From positions 124,001 to 188,000 of the IMG/VR virus record IMGVR_UViG_3300022866_000322: a stretch of 64,000 bases of DNA. One strand, given 5' to 3'. Positions 8,517 through 18,026 of the stretch are shown here, piece after piece (the stretch's first letter is position 1; each line of letters begins with the position of its first letter). The translations under genes and the position numbers were made by a program. Below the pieces are notes generated by a model, which saw nothing but the letters and a program-made list of their open reading frames with translations, made no database searches and was not told the DNA's origin.

Positions 8517-9202
8517 TACTGTATGTAAATGGTGACAGCCATAGTGCGGGAGCTGAAGCAGTTAACGATTATTGTTTTGCAGAAGATGATCCTTTTTACT
8601 ATAATCTTGGACGTATACCTCATCCCGAGAACGAAAAGGTCAGTTATGGTTGTTTAATAGCAAACGAATTATTTGCTATACTGCACTGTGGTGCAGAAGC
8701 CGCCAGCAGTAACGATCGTATACTACGTACCACTAGAGCATACATTGCAGGTGGTAAACCTAATGCTGTTATTATAGGATGGAGTACACATGAAAGGCAA
8801 GAATGGTTGCACCATAACACTTATTGGCAAATTAATGCAGGTGGCGTAGGAGAAGACTGGCCTGAATTAGTAAAGGAAAAATACAAGTTTTATATTGCTA
8901 ACATAGACTGGATCATGTGCGAACAACAAGAACATGAAAAGATTTGGCAGTTCCACAAAGAACTACAAGAACAAGAAATACCGCATTTGTTTTTCAACAG
9001 TTTCAGTAACTTTCGACACATCCCATTGCAAGATCGAGAAGATTGGGAAGATTGTTTTATAGAGCCATACAACCCAGACATGACATACTACAACTATTTA
9101 AAGAATCAAGGACTTACAGCACTTCCAAGTTACCACTACAGAGCAGATGGTCATCGTAAATGGGCAGAATTCCTGTTACCTTACTTGACTAAGCTTCTGT
9201 AA
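8513..9202 (+). CDS. SGNH/GDSL hydrolase-like protein
   Basis: LYVNGDSHSAG, SNDRI, IIGWS, C-terminal YHYRADGH. Confidence 0.65.
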   Translation: MILYVNGDSHSAGAEAVNDYCFAEDDPFYYNLGRIPHPENEKVSYGCLIANELFAILHCGAEAASSNDRILRTTRAYIAGGKPNAVIIGWSTHERQEWLHHNTYWQINAGGVGEDWPELVKEKYKFYIANIDWIMCEQQEHEKIWQFHKELQEQEIPHLFFNSFSNFRHIPLQDREDWEDCFIEPYNPDMTYYNYLKNQGLTALPSYHYRADGHRKWAEFLLPYLTKLL

Positions 9203-9213
9203 TATGCTACTAT
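9185..9213 (+). promoter_or_regulatory. sigma70-type promoter, probably giving a leaderless mRNA
   Basis: TTGACT (9185-9190), 17 bp, TACTAT (9208-9213). ATG at 9220 has no SD. Confidence 0.6.
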
Positions 9214-9219
9214 TATTAA

Positions 9220-10209
9220 ATGAAATATCTTATTGTAGACACAGCAAACACATTCTTTCGCGCCCGACACAGCGCACACCGTCAAAGCGACACCTGGGAT
9301 AAACTTGGTTTTGCTGTACACGTTACACTATCAAGTGTAAACAAGGCGTGGCGTGACCATAAAGCAGACCATGTTGTGTTCTGTTTAGAAGGGCGTAGTT
9401 GGCGCAAAGACTTTTATGAACCTTATAAAAAGAATAGAGCAGTTGCAAGGCAAGCACTAACCGAAGCACAAGCAGAAGAAGATACACTGTTTTGGGAAGC
9501 ATTTGATTCATTAAAAACTTTCCTAGATGAAAAGACAAATTGCACTGTGATGCGTCACAGTAACTTAGAAGCAGATGATTTAATTGCAGGTTGGGTACAA
9601 GCACACCCAGATGACGAGCATGTTATTGTAAGTAGTGACACAGACTTCCATCAACTGTTAGCAAACAACGTAAAGCAATACAATGGTGTTGCAGACGAGC
9701 TACACACACTGGAAGGTATATTCGACAAGAGAGGTAAGTTGGTAATGGACAAGAAGACCAAAGAGGCCAAGCAAATACCTGATCCAGAGTGGATCTTGTT
9801 TGAAAAGTGTATGCGTGGTGATAGCACAGATAATGTGTTTAGTGCGTATCCGGGAGTGCGTAAAAAAGGTACAAAAAACAAAATTGGATTGCTTGAAGCC
9901 TATGCTGACCGAAATGCAAAAGGCTTTAATTGGAACAATCTAATGCTACAGCGTTGGACAGACCATAATGGTGAAGAACACAGAGTATTAGATGATTATG
10001 AACGCAACAGGATATTGGTTGATCTCACTGCACAACCCGAAGAAGTAAAACAACAAATTGCAACTACTATTACAGAAGGCAGTGTTACTAGAAAACGACC
10101 AATGGTAGGCGCACAGTTTTTAAAGTTTTGTGGCAAATATGATCTGGTTAAGCTCAGTGAACACAGTCAACAGTATGCAGAGTTTTTAGGAGCAGAGAAT
10201 CCACAATGA
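9220..10209 (+). CDS. rnh: 5'-3' exonuclease / T4 RNase H-like (FEN family)
   Basis: YLIVD, SWRKDFY..YKKNR, EADDLIA, VSSDTDF, GDSTDNV. Confidence 0.9.
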   Translation: MKYLIVDTANTFFRARHSAHRQSDTWDKLGFAVHVTLSSVNKAWRDHKADHVVFCLEGRSWRKDFYEPYKKNRAVARQALTEAQAEEDTLFWEAFDSLKTFLDEKTNCTVMRHSNLEADDLIAGWVQAHPDDEHVIVSSDTDFHQLLANNVKQYNGVADELHTLEGIFDKRGKLVMDKKTKEAKQIPDPEWILFEKCMRGDSTDNVFSAYPGVRKKGTKNKIGLLEAYADRNAKGFNWNNLMLQRWTDHNGEEHRVLDDYERNRILVDLTAQPEEVKQQIATTITEGSVTRKRPMVGAQFLKFCGKYDLVKLSEHSQQYAEFLGAENPQ

Positions 10210-10598
10210 TTGATCAATTGATGGTCCAACAGCAGGTATACAACGTGTGGCAACACATGGTTGGTGTTATATGTTTAAACTGTACAAATCGTAAACAGGT
10301 TAAACGTGTACTGCCTGAGTTTTTTGCTAAATGGCCAACGCATGATAAGTTATTGCAGGCATCGCCACAAGAGATTGAACAAGTAATTGCACCACTTGGA
10401 ATGAAACATGTACGGTTAAAAAGACTGTGTCGCATGAGTGAGCAGTTTGAAAACTGGGACGGAGAAGATGCCACTGCACTATATGGCATTGGCAAGTACG
10501 GCAGTGACAGTTATAGACTATTCTATAAACAAGAAATACCAGAGGATGTAGGGGATCACGAATTAAAAAGGTATATCCAGGAAGAACTAACGTTATGA
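10206..10598 (+). CDS. MBD4-like HhH-GPD DNA glycosylase
   Basis: WQHMVGVICLN, PLGM, LYGIGKYGSDSY, DHELKRY resemble the MBD4 catalytic domain. Confidence 0.8.
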   Translation: MIDQLMVQQQVYNVWQHMVGVICLNCTNRKQVKRVLPEFFAKWPTHDKLLQASPQEIEQVIAPLGMKHVRLKRLCRMSEQFENWDGEDATALYGIGKYGSDSYRLFYKQEIPEDVGDHELKRYIQEELTL

Positions 10599-11059
10599 AT
10601 GACCTAGTAGCAAGAACTATAATCAAAAACAAATATTGGGTGGTAGAGCAATCTGGTAACCAGATTGCTACTATACAAGCAGTAGAAAACGGCGGCTTTG
10701 TGTATGTACACGACGACCGAAGAGAAACATATTCTAACGTAAAAAATATAAAGTCCAAATACAACATACGATTTGCACCTAATGACCAATCAGGTGCCAA
10801 GGAAAATCAAAAAGAAGTTCATGGTTTTCCTGCTACCAGTCGGACATATAATGAAGTATACGATATAAAACACAAAGTTGCTATCTATACCAAGTTACCA
10901 AAAAGTCGAAGTCATTATTGTGCAGGATGGTACTTAATTAAGTCAAGCAACAAATGGTCAAAAGTATTTTGTCCCAAAACCATAGTTATCAAAAGGTATG
11001 AATACCGTGGCCCATTTAAAACAGAACAAGACATGTTAGAAAAGTTGAAACAATTATGA
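10595..11059 (+). CDS. Hypothetical phage protein
   Basis: 154-aa ORF with overlapping start/stop coupling. Confidence 0.7.
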   Translation: MNDLVARTIIKNKYWVVEQSGNQIATIQAVENGGFVYVHDDRRETYSNVKNIKSKYNIRFAPNDQSGAKENQKEVHGFPATSRTYNEVYDIKHKVAIYTKLPKSRSHYCAGWYLIKSSNKWSKVFCPKTIVIKRYEYRGPFKTEQDMLEKLKQL

Positions 11060-11430
11060 TAATTAAAAAATTTGCACAAGGTTTTATCCTGGGTGTAGTT
11101 ACAACAGGAGCAATCACAATCGGGGCAGAAATATTTGCACAGGAACTAAGCGACGACAGTGAAGAATCTGTATTGAGAAGTAAGCCAGTAGAATGCTACG
11201 CTAGCCAAAGTGTACTAACGATAGCAGAAGATCAAGGCTACGAAGTTTTTTGGCAGGGCGCAAACATCAAAGACAATTACCCAGACAACACGATTGCAAT
11301 TATAATTAACGCAGAACAAAATTCATGGATGGCGCTTGAGATGAACATAGAGGCGGCATGTGTATTAGGTTTTGGTGGTAACTTTTGGCTTTTTGATCAA
11401 TATTATTATAACGACGGAGACGCAAGTTAA
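11056..11430 (+). CDS. Secreted or membrane-anchored hypothetical protein
   Basis: N-terminal hydrophobic segment; ATGA coupling. Confidence 0.6.
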   Translation: MIIKKFAQGFILGVVTTGAITIGAEIFAQELSDDSEESVLRSKPVECYASQSVLTIAEDQGYEVFWQGANIKDNYPDNTIAIIINAEQNSWMALEMNIEAACVLGFGGNFWLFDQYYYNDGDAS

Positions 11431-11642
11431 TGCAAAAGATCAGTTTAGCAATCAAACAGTTTAACGATAAAGTTAATTTAATGAACCAGACCGGTAGTAA
11501 ACAATTGGCACTAACAGCACAAGAAGCACGTAATTTACATAGTGATGTCTATGTGCTGTTAGCTAATCTTGCTGAGACACAGGAAACAACATCTGCGTCT
11601 GAGCCTGTAAATTCAATAAGTGTAGACGGAGGTGGATTTTAA
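11430..11642 (+). CDS. Hypothetical phage protein
   Basis: 70 aa, TAATG coupling, ends DGGGF. Confidence 0.65.
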   Translation: MQKISLAIKQFNDKVNLMNQTGSKQLALTAQEARNLHSDVYVLLANLAETQETTSASEPVNSISVDGGGF

Positions 11643-11666
11643 TGATTATATACCCACTTTTTAGTC

Positions 11667-11673
11667 ATAAATA
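11667..11673 (+). promoter_or_regulatory. Putative late-promoter motif ATAAATA
   Basis: Resembles the T4 late promoter TATAAATA and recurs in several intergenic gaps. Confidence 0.45.
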
Positions 11674-11693
11674 CTGTATTCAAGGAAATAGAG

Positions 11694-11981
11694 ATGTCCA
11701 GACCAAAGCCGACGGTCTTGTTAGAGCATGTTAACAAGACAAATTATAAAAGCGATCAAGTTCTAAGTAGTGATGGAATTTGGGCAGTCTTTTATGATGA
11801 CCGTCCAATCAATCTAAAAAGTCACAACATACTATTACATTACCCAGGACCTAAGTACAAAAAGGTAAGTTTTAGTAATAGTGGGCATGCGATTAACCTT
11901 TGTAAAAAACTCAATGCGCTGTTTAAAACAGACCAATTCACAGTTGTACTGATGAAGCAAGGTGAGCAAGTCTTTCCTTAG
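11694..11981 (+). CDS. Hypothetical phage protein (MSRPKP-type)
   Basis: AAGGA RBS; 95 aa; GPKYKKVSFSNSGHA. Confidence 0.75.
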   Translation: MSRPKPTVLLEHVNKTNYKSDQVLSSDGIWAVFYDDRPINLKSHNILLHYPGPKYKKVSFSNSGHAINLCKKLNALFKTDQFTVVLMKQGEQVFP

Positions 11982-12324
11982 TCAATTAGATTACGCAAAA
12001 CTTTTCTTAGAAAAGGGCGGAGGTAAGTACTCCAACCTAGACCATTGGCTCCGTAAATGGTTTTGGAACCATACCGACCAAAATAAATTACGCCTAAGCA
12101 AAGACGGTTTCAAATACCTCAGAGGCGTAGAGTTTCCAGTATATCAAGTAAAACTTCCAGAAAAACTCAAAAATCGCACACTCATACAAATGAGTCGTCT
12201 GCTATCCTGTTGTTACTACATAGAAAATCTAAGTTCTGTTTGGCTTACAGGCGAGGACGAAACTGTGATGCTGAAACTCCATGCTGACAATCTGCAACAA
12301 TACTTAGATAATCTTTCTTTATAA
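11962..12324 (+). CDS. Hypothetical phage protein
   Basis: 120-aa ORF overlapping the upstream gene. Confidence 0.6.
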   Translation: MSKSFLSQLDYAKLFLEKGGGKYSNLDHWLRKWFWNHTDQNKLRLSKDGFKYLRGVEFPVYQVKLPEKLKNRTLIQMSRLLSCCYYIENLSSVWLTGEDETVMLKLHADNLQQYLDNLSL

Positions 12325-12353
12325 TTAACAACTTACACCGCCAAATAAACTGA

Positions 12354-12382
12354 TTGACATTTGGCCAGAAAGAGCTTATAAT
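12354..12382 (+). promoter_or_regulatory. Consensus sigma70-type promoter
   Basis: TTGACA (12354-12359), 17 bp, TATAAT (12377-12382); AAGGAG RBS before ATG 12415. Confidence 0.85.
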
Positions 12383-12414
12383 AGTATTTGATAAGTTGAT
12401 AAAGGAGAGCATAA

Positions 12415-13518
12415 ATGGCAGTTAGCGAAACAAGAACAGTAAATGTAGAAGAAGCCCGTGCTAGAATACAACGGTGCTTTAATCTTAAAAGACCTGTGTT
12501 TTTATGGGGGCCTCCGGGAGTAGGCAAAAGTGATATCATCTCCCAAATTACAGATGATCTAAACGGATACATGATTGATCTTAGACTTGGTCAAATGGAT
12601 CCAACTGATATTAGAGGTATTCCGTTCTTCAATAAAGAAGCTGAGAAAATGGATTGGGCTCCACCAATTGAATTACCAGACGAAGAACTAGCCGCAGAAT
12701 ACCCAGTTATCGTCTTGTTCTTAGACGAAATGAATTCCGCTACTCCGGCGGTACAAGCGGCGGCTTATCAGCTTATCCTGAACAGGCGTGTTGGTAAATA
12801 CTCTCTTCCTGAGAACGTGGTTATCGTAGCCGCTGGTAACCGCGACAGCGACAAAGGTGTTACATATCGTATGCCGACACCGCTGGCCAACCGCTTCGTT
12901 CACTTAGAAGTTAAAGCTGATTTTCAAACTTGGCAAACTTGGGCAGTTAAAAATAAAGTACACCAGGATGTTGTTGGTTACTTGAGTTTTGCTAAACAAG
13001 ACCTGTTTGATTTCGAACCACGTTCGTCGAGTCGTAGTTTTGCTACTCCGCGATCATGGGTGTTTGTGTCAGATTTCTGCAAAGACGCAGATATTACTGA
13101 CGGTGAACTTAGTGATCTAGTTTGTGGTAGTGTTGGTGAAGGCGTCAGTGGTAAGTTTATGGCGCACCGCAAAATTGCTGGGTCATTACCTAAGCCAGAA
13201 GATATATTAAGTGGCAAAACTACAAAGATGGAATCCAAAGAGATCAGCGCCATGTATGCTCTAACGACTAGTATGTGTTACGAGTTGCAGGACTTCTTGG
13301 AAAAGAACAAGGATAGTCTCCCAGCTTTCCACAAGCAGGCCGATAACTTCTTAAAATTTATGATGGAGAACTTTACCACCGAAGTATGTGTTATGGGTGC
13401 TCGTGTTGCTCTTACTACATACAATCTTCCAATGGTACCTGGCAAGATGCCTAGCTTTGATAATTTTCACAAGAAGTATGGCAAGTATGTAATTGCCGCG
13501 GCAAGTTCTAATAAGTAA
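12415..13518 (+). CDS. MoxR-like AAA+ ATPase
   Basis: Walker A GPPGVGKS, Walker B LFLDE, AAGNR, LANRF, TPRSW. Confidence 0.9.
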   Translation: MAVSETRTVNVEEARARIQRCFNLKRPVFLWGPPGVGKSDIISQITDDLNGYMIDLRLGQMDPTDIRGIPFFNKEAEKMDWAPPIELPDEELAAEYPVIVLFLDEMNSATPAVQAAAYQLILNRRVGKYSLPENVVIVAAGNRDSDKGVTYRMPTPLANRFVHLEVKADFQTWQTWAVKNKVHQDVVGYLSFAKQDLFDFEPRSSSRSFATPRSWVFVSDFCKDADITDGELSDLVCGSVGEGVSGKFMAHRKIAGSLPKPEDILSGKTTKMESKEISAMYALTTSMCYELQDFLEKNKDSLPAFHKQADNFLKFMMENFTTEVCVMGARVALTTYNLPMVPGKMPSFDNFHKKYGKYVIAAASSNK

Positions 13519-13534
13519 TTTACAAGGAGCGAAC

Positions 13535-14806
13535 ATGAGTGATTCAACAGTTATTAATAAGCAGGACAGTGTAGTAACTGAAACTGATCCTGCAATAGAT
13601 GCCAGGGCAAGAGAAAAACTGGTAACTGCACGAATTGGACTGTTGCTGAAAGCACCTTTCTTTGGACAACTTACATCACGTATGGATTTAGTTAATGCTG
13701 ATGCGTGGTGTCCTACTGCCGCCACGGATGGCAGGAAGTTCTACTACAACTCCGAGTTTATTGACAAGTTACCATTACGACAGTGTGAGTTCCTAGCAGG
13801 ACACGAAGTGCTACACGTAGTGTATGATCACTTGGGACGTAAAGATGATCGTAACGCTAAACTCAGTAACATTGCCGCAGACTATTGCGTTAACCAAGAC
13901 CTTATCGATCAAAGAATTGGTGAAAAAATTAACGTAGTACCAATACTTCATGACCCAAAGTTTAGAGGCTGGGCATACGAAGAAGTGTACGAGTACTTGT
14001 TCGACAATGCCGACAAGATTGATATAGAAAGCCTAGCTGATCAATTGTTGGACGAGCACCTCGAAGAAGAAGGTGAAGGTGGTGGCGCAGGTGACGATGA
14101 TCAAGATGGTAACGGTCGTCCTAGGATTAGTGCAGAAGAAGCCAAACAGATCAAAGATGAAATACGTGGTGCTGTATTATCAGCCGCACAGTCTGCAGGG
14201 TCGGGTAACTTACCATCAGGTGTAAGACGTCTTATTAAAGACTTAACTGCTCCTGTTATTGATTGGCGTGAACTGATCAGTCAGCAGATTCAATCTGTGT
14301 ACAAAGACGACTACAGTTTTGCCCGAGTTAACAGACGTGGTTGGCACTTTGATGGTATACTTCCAGGCATGAAGCCAGGCGAAATGATTGATGTGTGTAT
14401 TGCACTTGACCAGTCTGGAAGTATACTGGATGAAGATTCCAAAGCATTCCTAAGTGAAGTAAAAAGCATTATGGAATCGTTTGAGGAATACCGTATTACC
14501 ATATGGTGCTTTGATACTGGCGTGTACAATGTTAAAACATACACATCAGACAACATCGAAGACATACTAGACTATGAACTAGCAGGTGGTGGCGGTACTG
14601 ACTTTGAGTGCAACTGGGACTTTATGAAAGAAGAAGGTATCGAACCCAAACGTTTCATAATGTTTACAGATGGATATCCATTTGGTTCGTGGGGTGATCC
14701 GGACTATTGCGAAACTGTTTGGGTTATCAAAGGCAACGAAACATGTGAACCACCATTCGGCATTTGGGCCCATTACGAGAAAGAAGAAATGAAGAAGGGT
14801 CGTTGA
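13535..14806 (+). CDS. Metallopeptidase-like/VWA domain protein (DUF2201-type partner of MoxR ATPases)
   Basis: TAATDG, HEVLH zinc motif, MIDAS DQSGS, GGGGTDF, FTDGY; AAGGAG RBS before 13535. Confidence 0.85.
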   Translation: MSDSTVINKQDSVVTETDPAIDARAREKLVTARIGLLLKAPFFGQLTSRMDLVNADAWCPTAATDGRKFYYNSEFIDKLPLRQCEFLAGHEVLHVVYDHLGRKDDRNAKLSNIAADYCVNQDLIDQRIGEKINVVPILHDPKFRGWAYEEVYEYLFDNADKIDIESLADQLLDEHLEEEGEGGGAGDDDQDGNGRPRISAEEAKQIKDEIRGAVLSAAQSAGSGNLPSGVRRLIKDLTAPVIDWRELISQQIQSVYKDDYSFARVNRRGWHFDGILPGMKPGEMIDVCIALDQSGSILDEDSKAFLSEVKSIMESFEEYRITIWCFDTGVYNVKTYTSDNIEDILDYELAGGGGTDFECNWDFMKEEGIEPKRFIMFTDGYPFGSWGDPDYCETVWVIKGNETCEPPFGIWAHYEKEEMKKGR

Positions 14807-15387
14807 TGGGGGCCAGGGCACATCAGTTTATACTCAAGTACATTGATCAACTAGAAGGCGCAATAGTAGAAATAGGAGCAGGCAGAGGAGAAGGGTCAAC
14901 CGACTTCTTTGCTGGTCTTGTGGTTGGATGTACTCAGTTCACACACTATTCAGTAGACTTTGATTCTGAAGCATACAAGGTAATGAAACAGTACAGTGAC
15001 CGTATTGACAACTGTCATGCTTACTGCCTAACAGGTGAAGAGTTCTTGCGTAATCGCTTAGATGAAAAGATATGCTATGCTTATCTTGACAACTTTGATT
15101 ACATATATGATCCCGACAACTTGCCTTGGTGGGTAGAAGGACAAATAAAACGTTACCAAGAACTAGGTGTTGTTATGAACAACACAAACAGTCAACATGC
15201 ACACCTGTTACAGGCTCAACTATGTGTTAAAAAAGCACAAGATCGTTGTGTTATACAACTAGATGATACATTTAAACGTGGTAACACTTGGACAGGTAAA
15301 GGTGGTACTGCTGTACCATATCTTGTTGACCAAGGTTGGAAAATAGTTTATACTCATGAACAAAGTGTAGCGTTGATTAATTTCTAA
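14806..15387 (+). CDS. Class I SAM-dependent methyltransferase-like protein
   Basis: IVEIGAGRGEGST, SVD, YLD, LDDT...GKG; TGATG coupling. Confidence 0.6.
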   Translation: MGARAHQFILKYIDQLEGAIVEIGAGRGEGSTDFFAGLVVGCTQFTHYSVDFDSEAYKVMKQYSDRIDNCHAYCLTGEEFLRNRLDEKICYAYLDNFDYIYDPDNLPWWVEGQIKRYQELGVVMNNTNSQHAHLLQAQLCVKKAQDRCVIQLDDTFKRGNTWTGKGGTAVPYLVDQGWKIVYTHEQSVALINF

Positions 15388-15396
15388 GGAGCAACC

Positions 15397-15684
15397 ATGG
15401 AACTAACAGATTTTAAAACACTAAAAGCAACTAAGAAAGTCAAGATCATTATATACGAACTTGAAGAGCGTTTACTAAAAATGCAAGACGCACTAGACGA
15501 CATGGCTCGTGCGTGTGAAATAGCACAGATCACTAGTAACACAGACATGCTGAGTACTTTTGTAACACAGGCGCAAGACATATTAGAAGACAAACTGGTA
15601 CGTCCAGACAGCAGTATTGGTGCTGGTGACCATAAGTTTCAGATAATCACAGGCGGTAAGGCAGAGTCAAAAGATGTTACGTGA
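15397..15684 (+). CDS. Hypothetical protein
   Basis: AAGGAG RBS, 95 aa. Confidence 0.65.
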   Translation: MELTDFKTLKATKKVKIIIYELEERLLKMQDALDDMARACEIAQITSNTDMLSTFVTQAQDILEDKLVRPDSSIGAGDHKFQIITGGKAESKDVT

Positions 15685-16021
15685 TGGCGACCCCAATCCA
15701 TTAAACGTACACGGTACTAGACTGATTGAAGGAACTTGTCCGCCACACTTTACCCAAGTGATGTTTGACCTTTATGTGCATCAAACACATAAAGAATTCA
15801 CAGATTGGATTTGGGAAAATCTAGAAGGTCGTTTTTGGTTTGGTGATATCTATACTAACGACAATACCCATACTATGGAAAATGGTACACCACACAGCAC
15901 TTTAGTTAAGAACTGGAAAGCCGGAATACACATGTATGCGTGTGGCGCTTTTGAATTGCCCAGTGAAGCAACCATGTTTGCTATGTGTAAAGATCAAATA
16001 AGCAAACCTGATCGCCTATAA
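15674..16021 (+). CDS. Hypothetical phage protein
   Basis: 115 aa; PPHF and WIWENLEGRF motifs. Confidence 0.65.
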   Translation: MLRDGDPNPLNVHGTRLIEGTCPPHFTQVMFDLYVHQTHKEFTDWIWENLEGRFWFGDIYTNDNTHTMENGTPHSTLVKNWKAGIHMYACGAFELPSEATMFAMCKDQISKPDRL

Positions 16022-16078
16022 AAATTTTTGGTTTTTGTTACACAGTTAAATATATTAACAAATTGATTGGAGGAAAAC

Positions 16079-16336
16079 ATGGCAGAAACAAAAACAGCAC
16101 CCGATGATGAAAAGACACCACCGCAAGGCGTGAGTCTATCATTGCAGGATTTAGTTTTAATGATGAACTTGATCAGGGCAACCACAGAGCGTGGTGCTAT
16201 CCGTGCAGAAGAAATGACAGAAGTTGGAGCAGTGTATAACAAACTGGTTCAATTCTTACAAGAATCAGGTGCTATCCAGCAGTCTGCAGAACCGCAGGCA
16301 GAAACAGCACTAACTAAGGAGAAGAAAGATGATTAA
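16079..16336 (+). CDS. Hypothetical phage protein
   Basis: GGAGG RBS before ATG 16079; RGAIRAEEM. Confidence 0.7.
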   Translation: MAETKTAPDDEKTPPQGVSLSLQDLVLMMNLIRATTERGAIRAEEMTEVGAVYNKLVQFLQESGAIQQSAEPQAETALTKEKKDD

Positions 16337-16994
16337 ACACGTCGGTAAACACAATGATAAAAAGTGTGTTATTATTTTTAGACGCATACCAGATTTGGAT
16401 CACATGGCACTTGTAGTTTATAGTGATCTGTTACCAAGACTAGTGCATGATGAAGTAATGGCAGCATTGGAAGGTGCACCAGGACAAAATACCACAGAAC
16501 TAAATGAAGTGTTGTTTAGGACCATAATGGGTGACGGTACCAACTGTCTACACACATTGCACTCACAAGGATTCTTAAAGAAGGTTCCTACTAACCAAAT
16601 CCTTGTTACACCAACCAGCAACTCAAGTGTACGGTTAGACGAACTAAACGACTTACTTGATGAAATGGCCAAAGGTCAAAGCGCAGTTGACAGACTTGCA
16701 GACATTGAATCAAGCAAAGGCATGAGCGGTGCTCCGCGAAAAGCTCAAGCAATCGAAGTAGGCGAAACTAGATCACGTGAAGCTCAAGGCAACACCAGTG
16801 CAGAAGCATTAATTGCAGGCGCACTCACTGATGACGATATCAATGCAGGAAAGATATCCCAAGCAGAAAGAATGGAAGCAGATGCAAAGGGTATGCTTGC
16901 AGAAGCAAAGAGACTAAAAGCAGAAGCAGGTGTAGCTAAAGGGGCAAAACGTGGCGGAACAACCAAAAAAGCAAAGAAGAAGCAAACGGCTTAA
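16329..16994 (+). CDS. Hypothetical phage protein
   Basis: 221 aa, starts MIKHVG, basic C-terminal tail. Confidence 0.75.
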   Translation: MIKHVGKHNDKKCVIIFRRIPDLDHMALVVYSDLLPRLVHDEVMAALEGAPGQNTTELNEVLFRTIMGDGTNCLHTLHSQGFLKKVPTNQILVTPTSNSSVRLDELNDLLDEMAKGQSAVDRLADIESSKGMSGAPRKAQAIEVGETRSREAQGNTSAEALIAGALTDDDINAGKISQAERMEADAKGMLAEAKRLKAEAGVAKGAKRGGTTKKAKKKQTA

Positions 16995-17286
16995 TCTTAG
17001 TAAGAAAGCACAATGGGAAGCCATCCTTAAAGGTACAGAGAAAGATGAAGTTCCTATCCAGGTGCTCGATAGTATCAGTGTTAACCTAAAGGATGGCACG
17101 AGTGTAAACATCTATGTAAAAGAACTATTAAATGATGGCGAAGATCCACAGAGTTTAGAAGTTGAAATACAAAGACGTCTAGACGAAATGGATGACATTA
17201 TAAATGACGTAGACTTTTTCATTAGCGTACCGCAACTGTCAAAGACTGTTCAACCTGTTACAGATAAAATTCTAAAAGACTTATGA
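16951..17286 (+). CDS. Hypothetical phage protein
   Basis: 111-aa ORF, overlapping neighbours. Confidence 0.65.
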   Translation: MAEQPKKQRRSKRLNLSKKAQWEAILKGTEKDEVPIQVLDSISVNLKDGTSVNIYVKELLNDGEDPQSLEVEIQRRLDEMDDIINDVDFFISVPQLSKTVQPVTDKILKDL

Positions 17287-17798
17287 TATACACAATTTTT
17301 AGTATTGACCAATTGGGTGGATTTGGTCATAAAGGCAGTTTGCCTTGGGATCATGACCCAGAAGACATGGCTTGGTTTCGTGAGCACACATTAGGGCATA
17401 TAGTAGTAATGGGTCGCAACACCTGGGACGATCCTAAAATGCCCAAACCTATGCCGGACCGAGAAAATTGTGTTATCAGTTCTAGCCCATTGCATGCAAA
17501 GCACTTTAGAGTAAACCGATTCCACAAAAACTACAAACAACGTTTGGTGGAAATGAGTACATCAAACCCAGACAAAAAGATCTTCATACTTGGCGGGCCT
17601 GGCATTATAATGGACTGCTTGGATATTATTGACTGGGCGTATGTTACACATCGCAAAGGGTCAGGTTTCTATACTGAAGTCAATCTAAGCATAAACAGGT
17701 TTATGGATTCAATGACTATTAGAAGTAGTAGACCTAGCCTGTCAGGTATGTTAAACTTTTGTACATACAAGAACAACAATCTGAAGGAGAACAAATAA
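17283..17798 (+). CDS. folA: Dihydrofolate reductase
   Basis: GSLPW...EDMAWF..HT, VVMGRNTW, P.PDRENCVIS, FILGG. Confidence 0.9.
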   Translation: MIYTIFSIDQLGGFGHKGSLPWDHDPEDMAWFREHTLGHIVVMGRNTWDDPKMPKPMPDRENCVISSSPLHAKHFRVNRFHKNYKQRLVEMSTSNPDKKIFILGGPGIIMDCLDIIDWAYVTHRKGSGFYTEVNLSINRFMDSMTIRSSRPSLSGMLNFCTYKNNNLKENK

Positions 17799-18026
17799 TG
17801 TCAAAAATATATGCAAGCATGGACGAACTAGTAAAAGAGTTCATAGATAAAGCAACCAATAAGCAATGTGGGGAAAACACATCACACAACACTGTTCGAA
17901 GATTTGATGCCTGCTGATCTAGGTTATAGCAGTAATAAATTTATCGTTAAAGTACCAACATCGTATAATGTTGATTATATTGATTCGTTCCCAACAATCC
18001 AAAAAAAGCCACTTGACTACATATGA
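17798..18026 (+). pseudogene. Small (~75 aa) ORF split by a +1 frameshift, or an assembly indel
   Basis: AAGGAG RBS and TAATG coupling to DHFR. Frame 2 stops at 17917; the +1 frame is open 17847-18026 and ends in ATGA coupled to thyA. Confidence 0.45.

Noticed and set aside
10327-10800. 157-aa minus-strand ORF
   Set aside because: Fully overlaps two well-supported plus-strand genes; no motifs.
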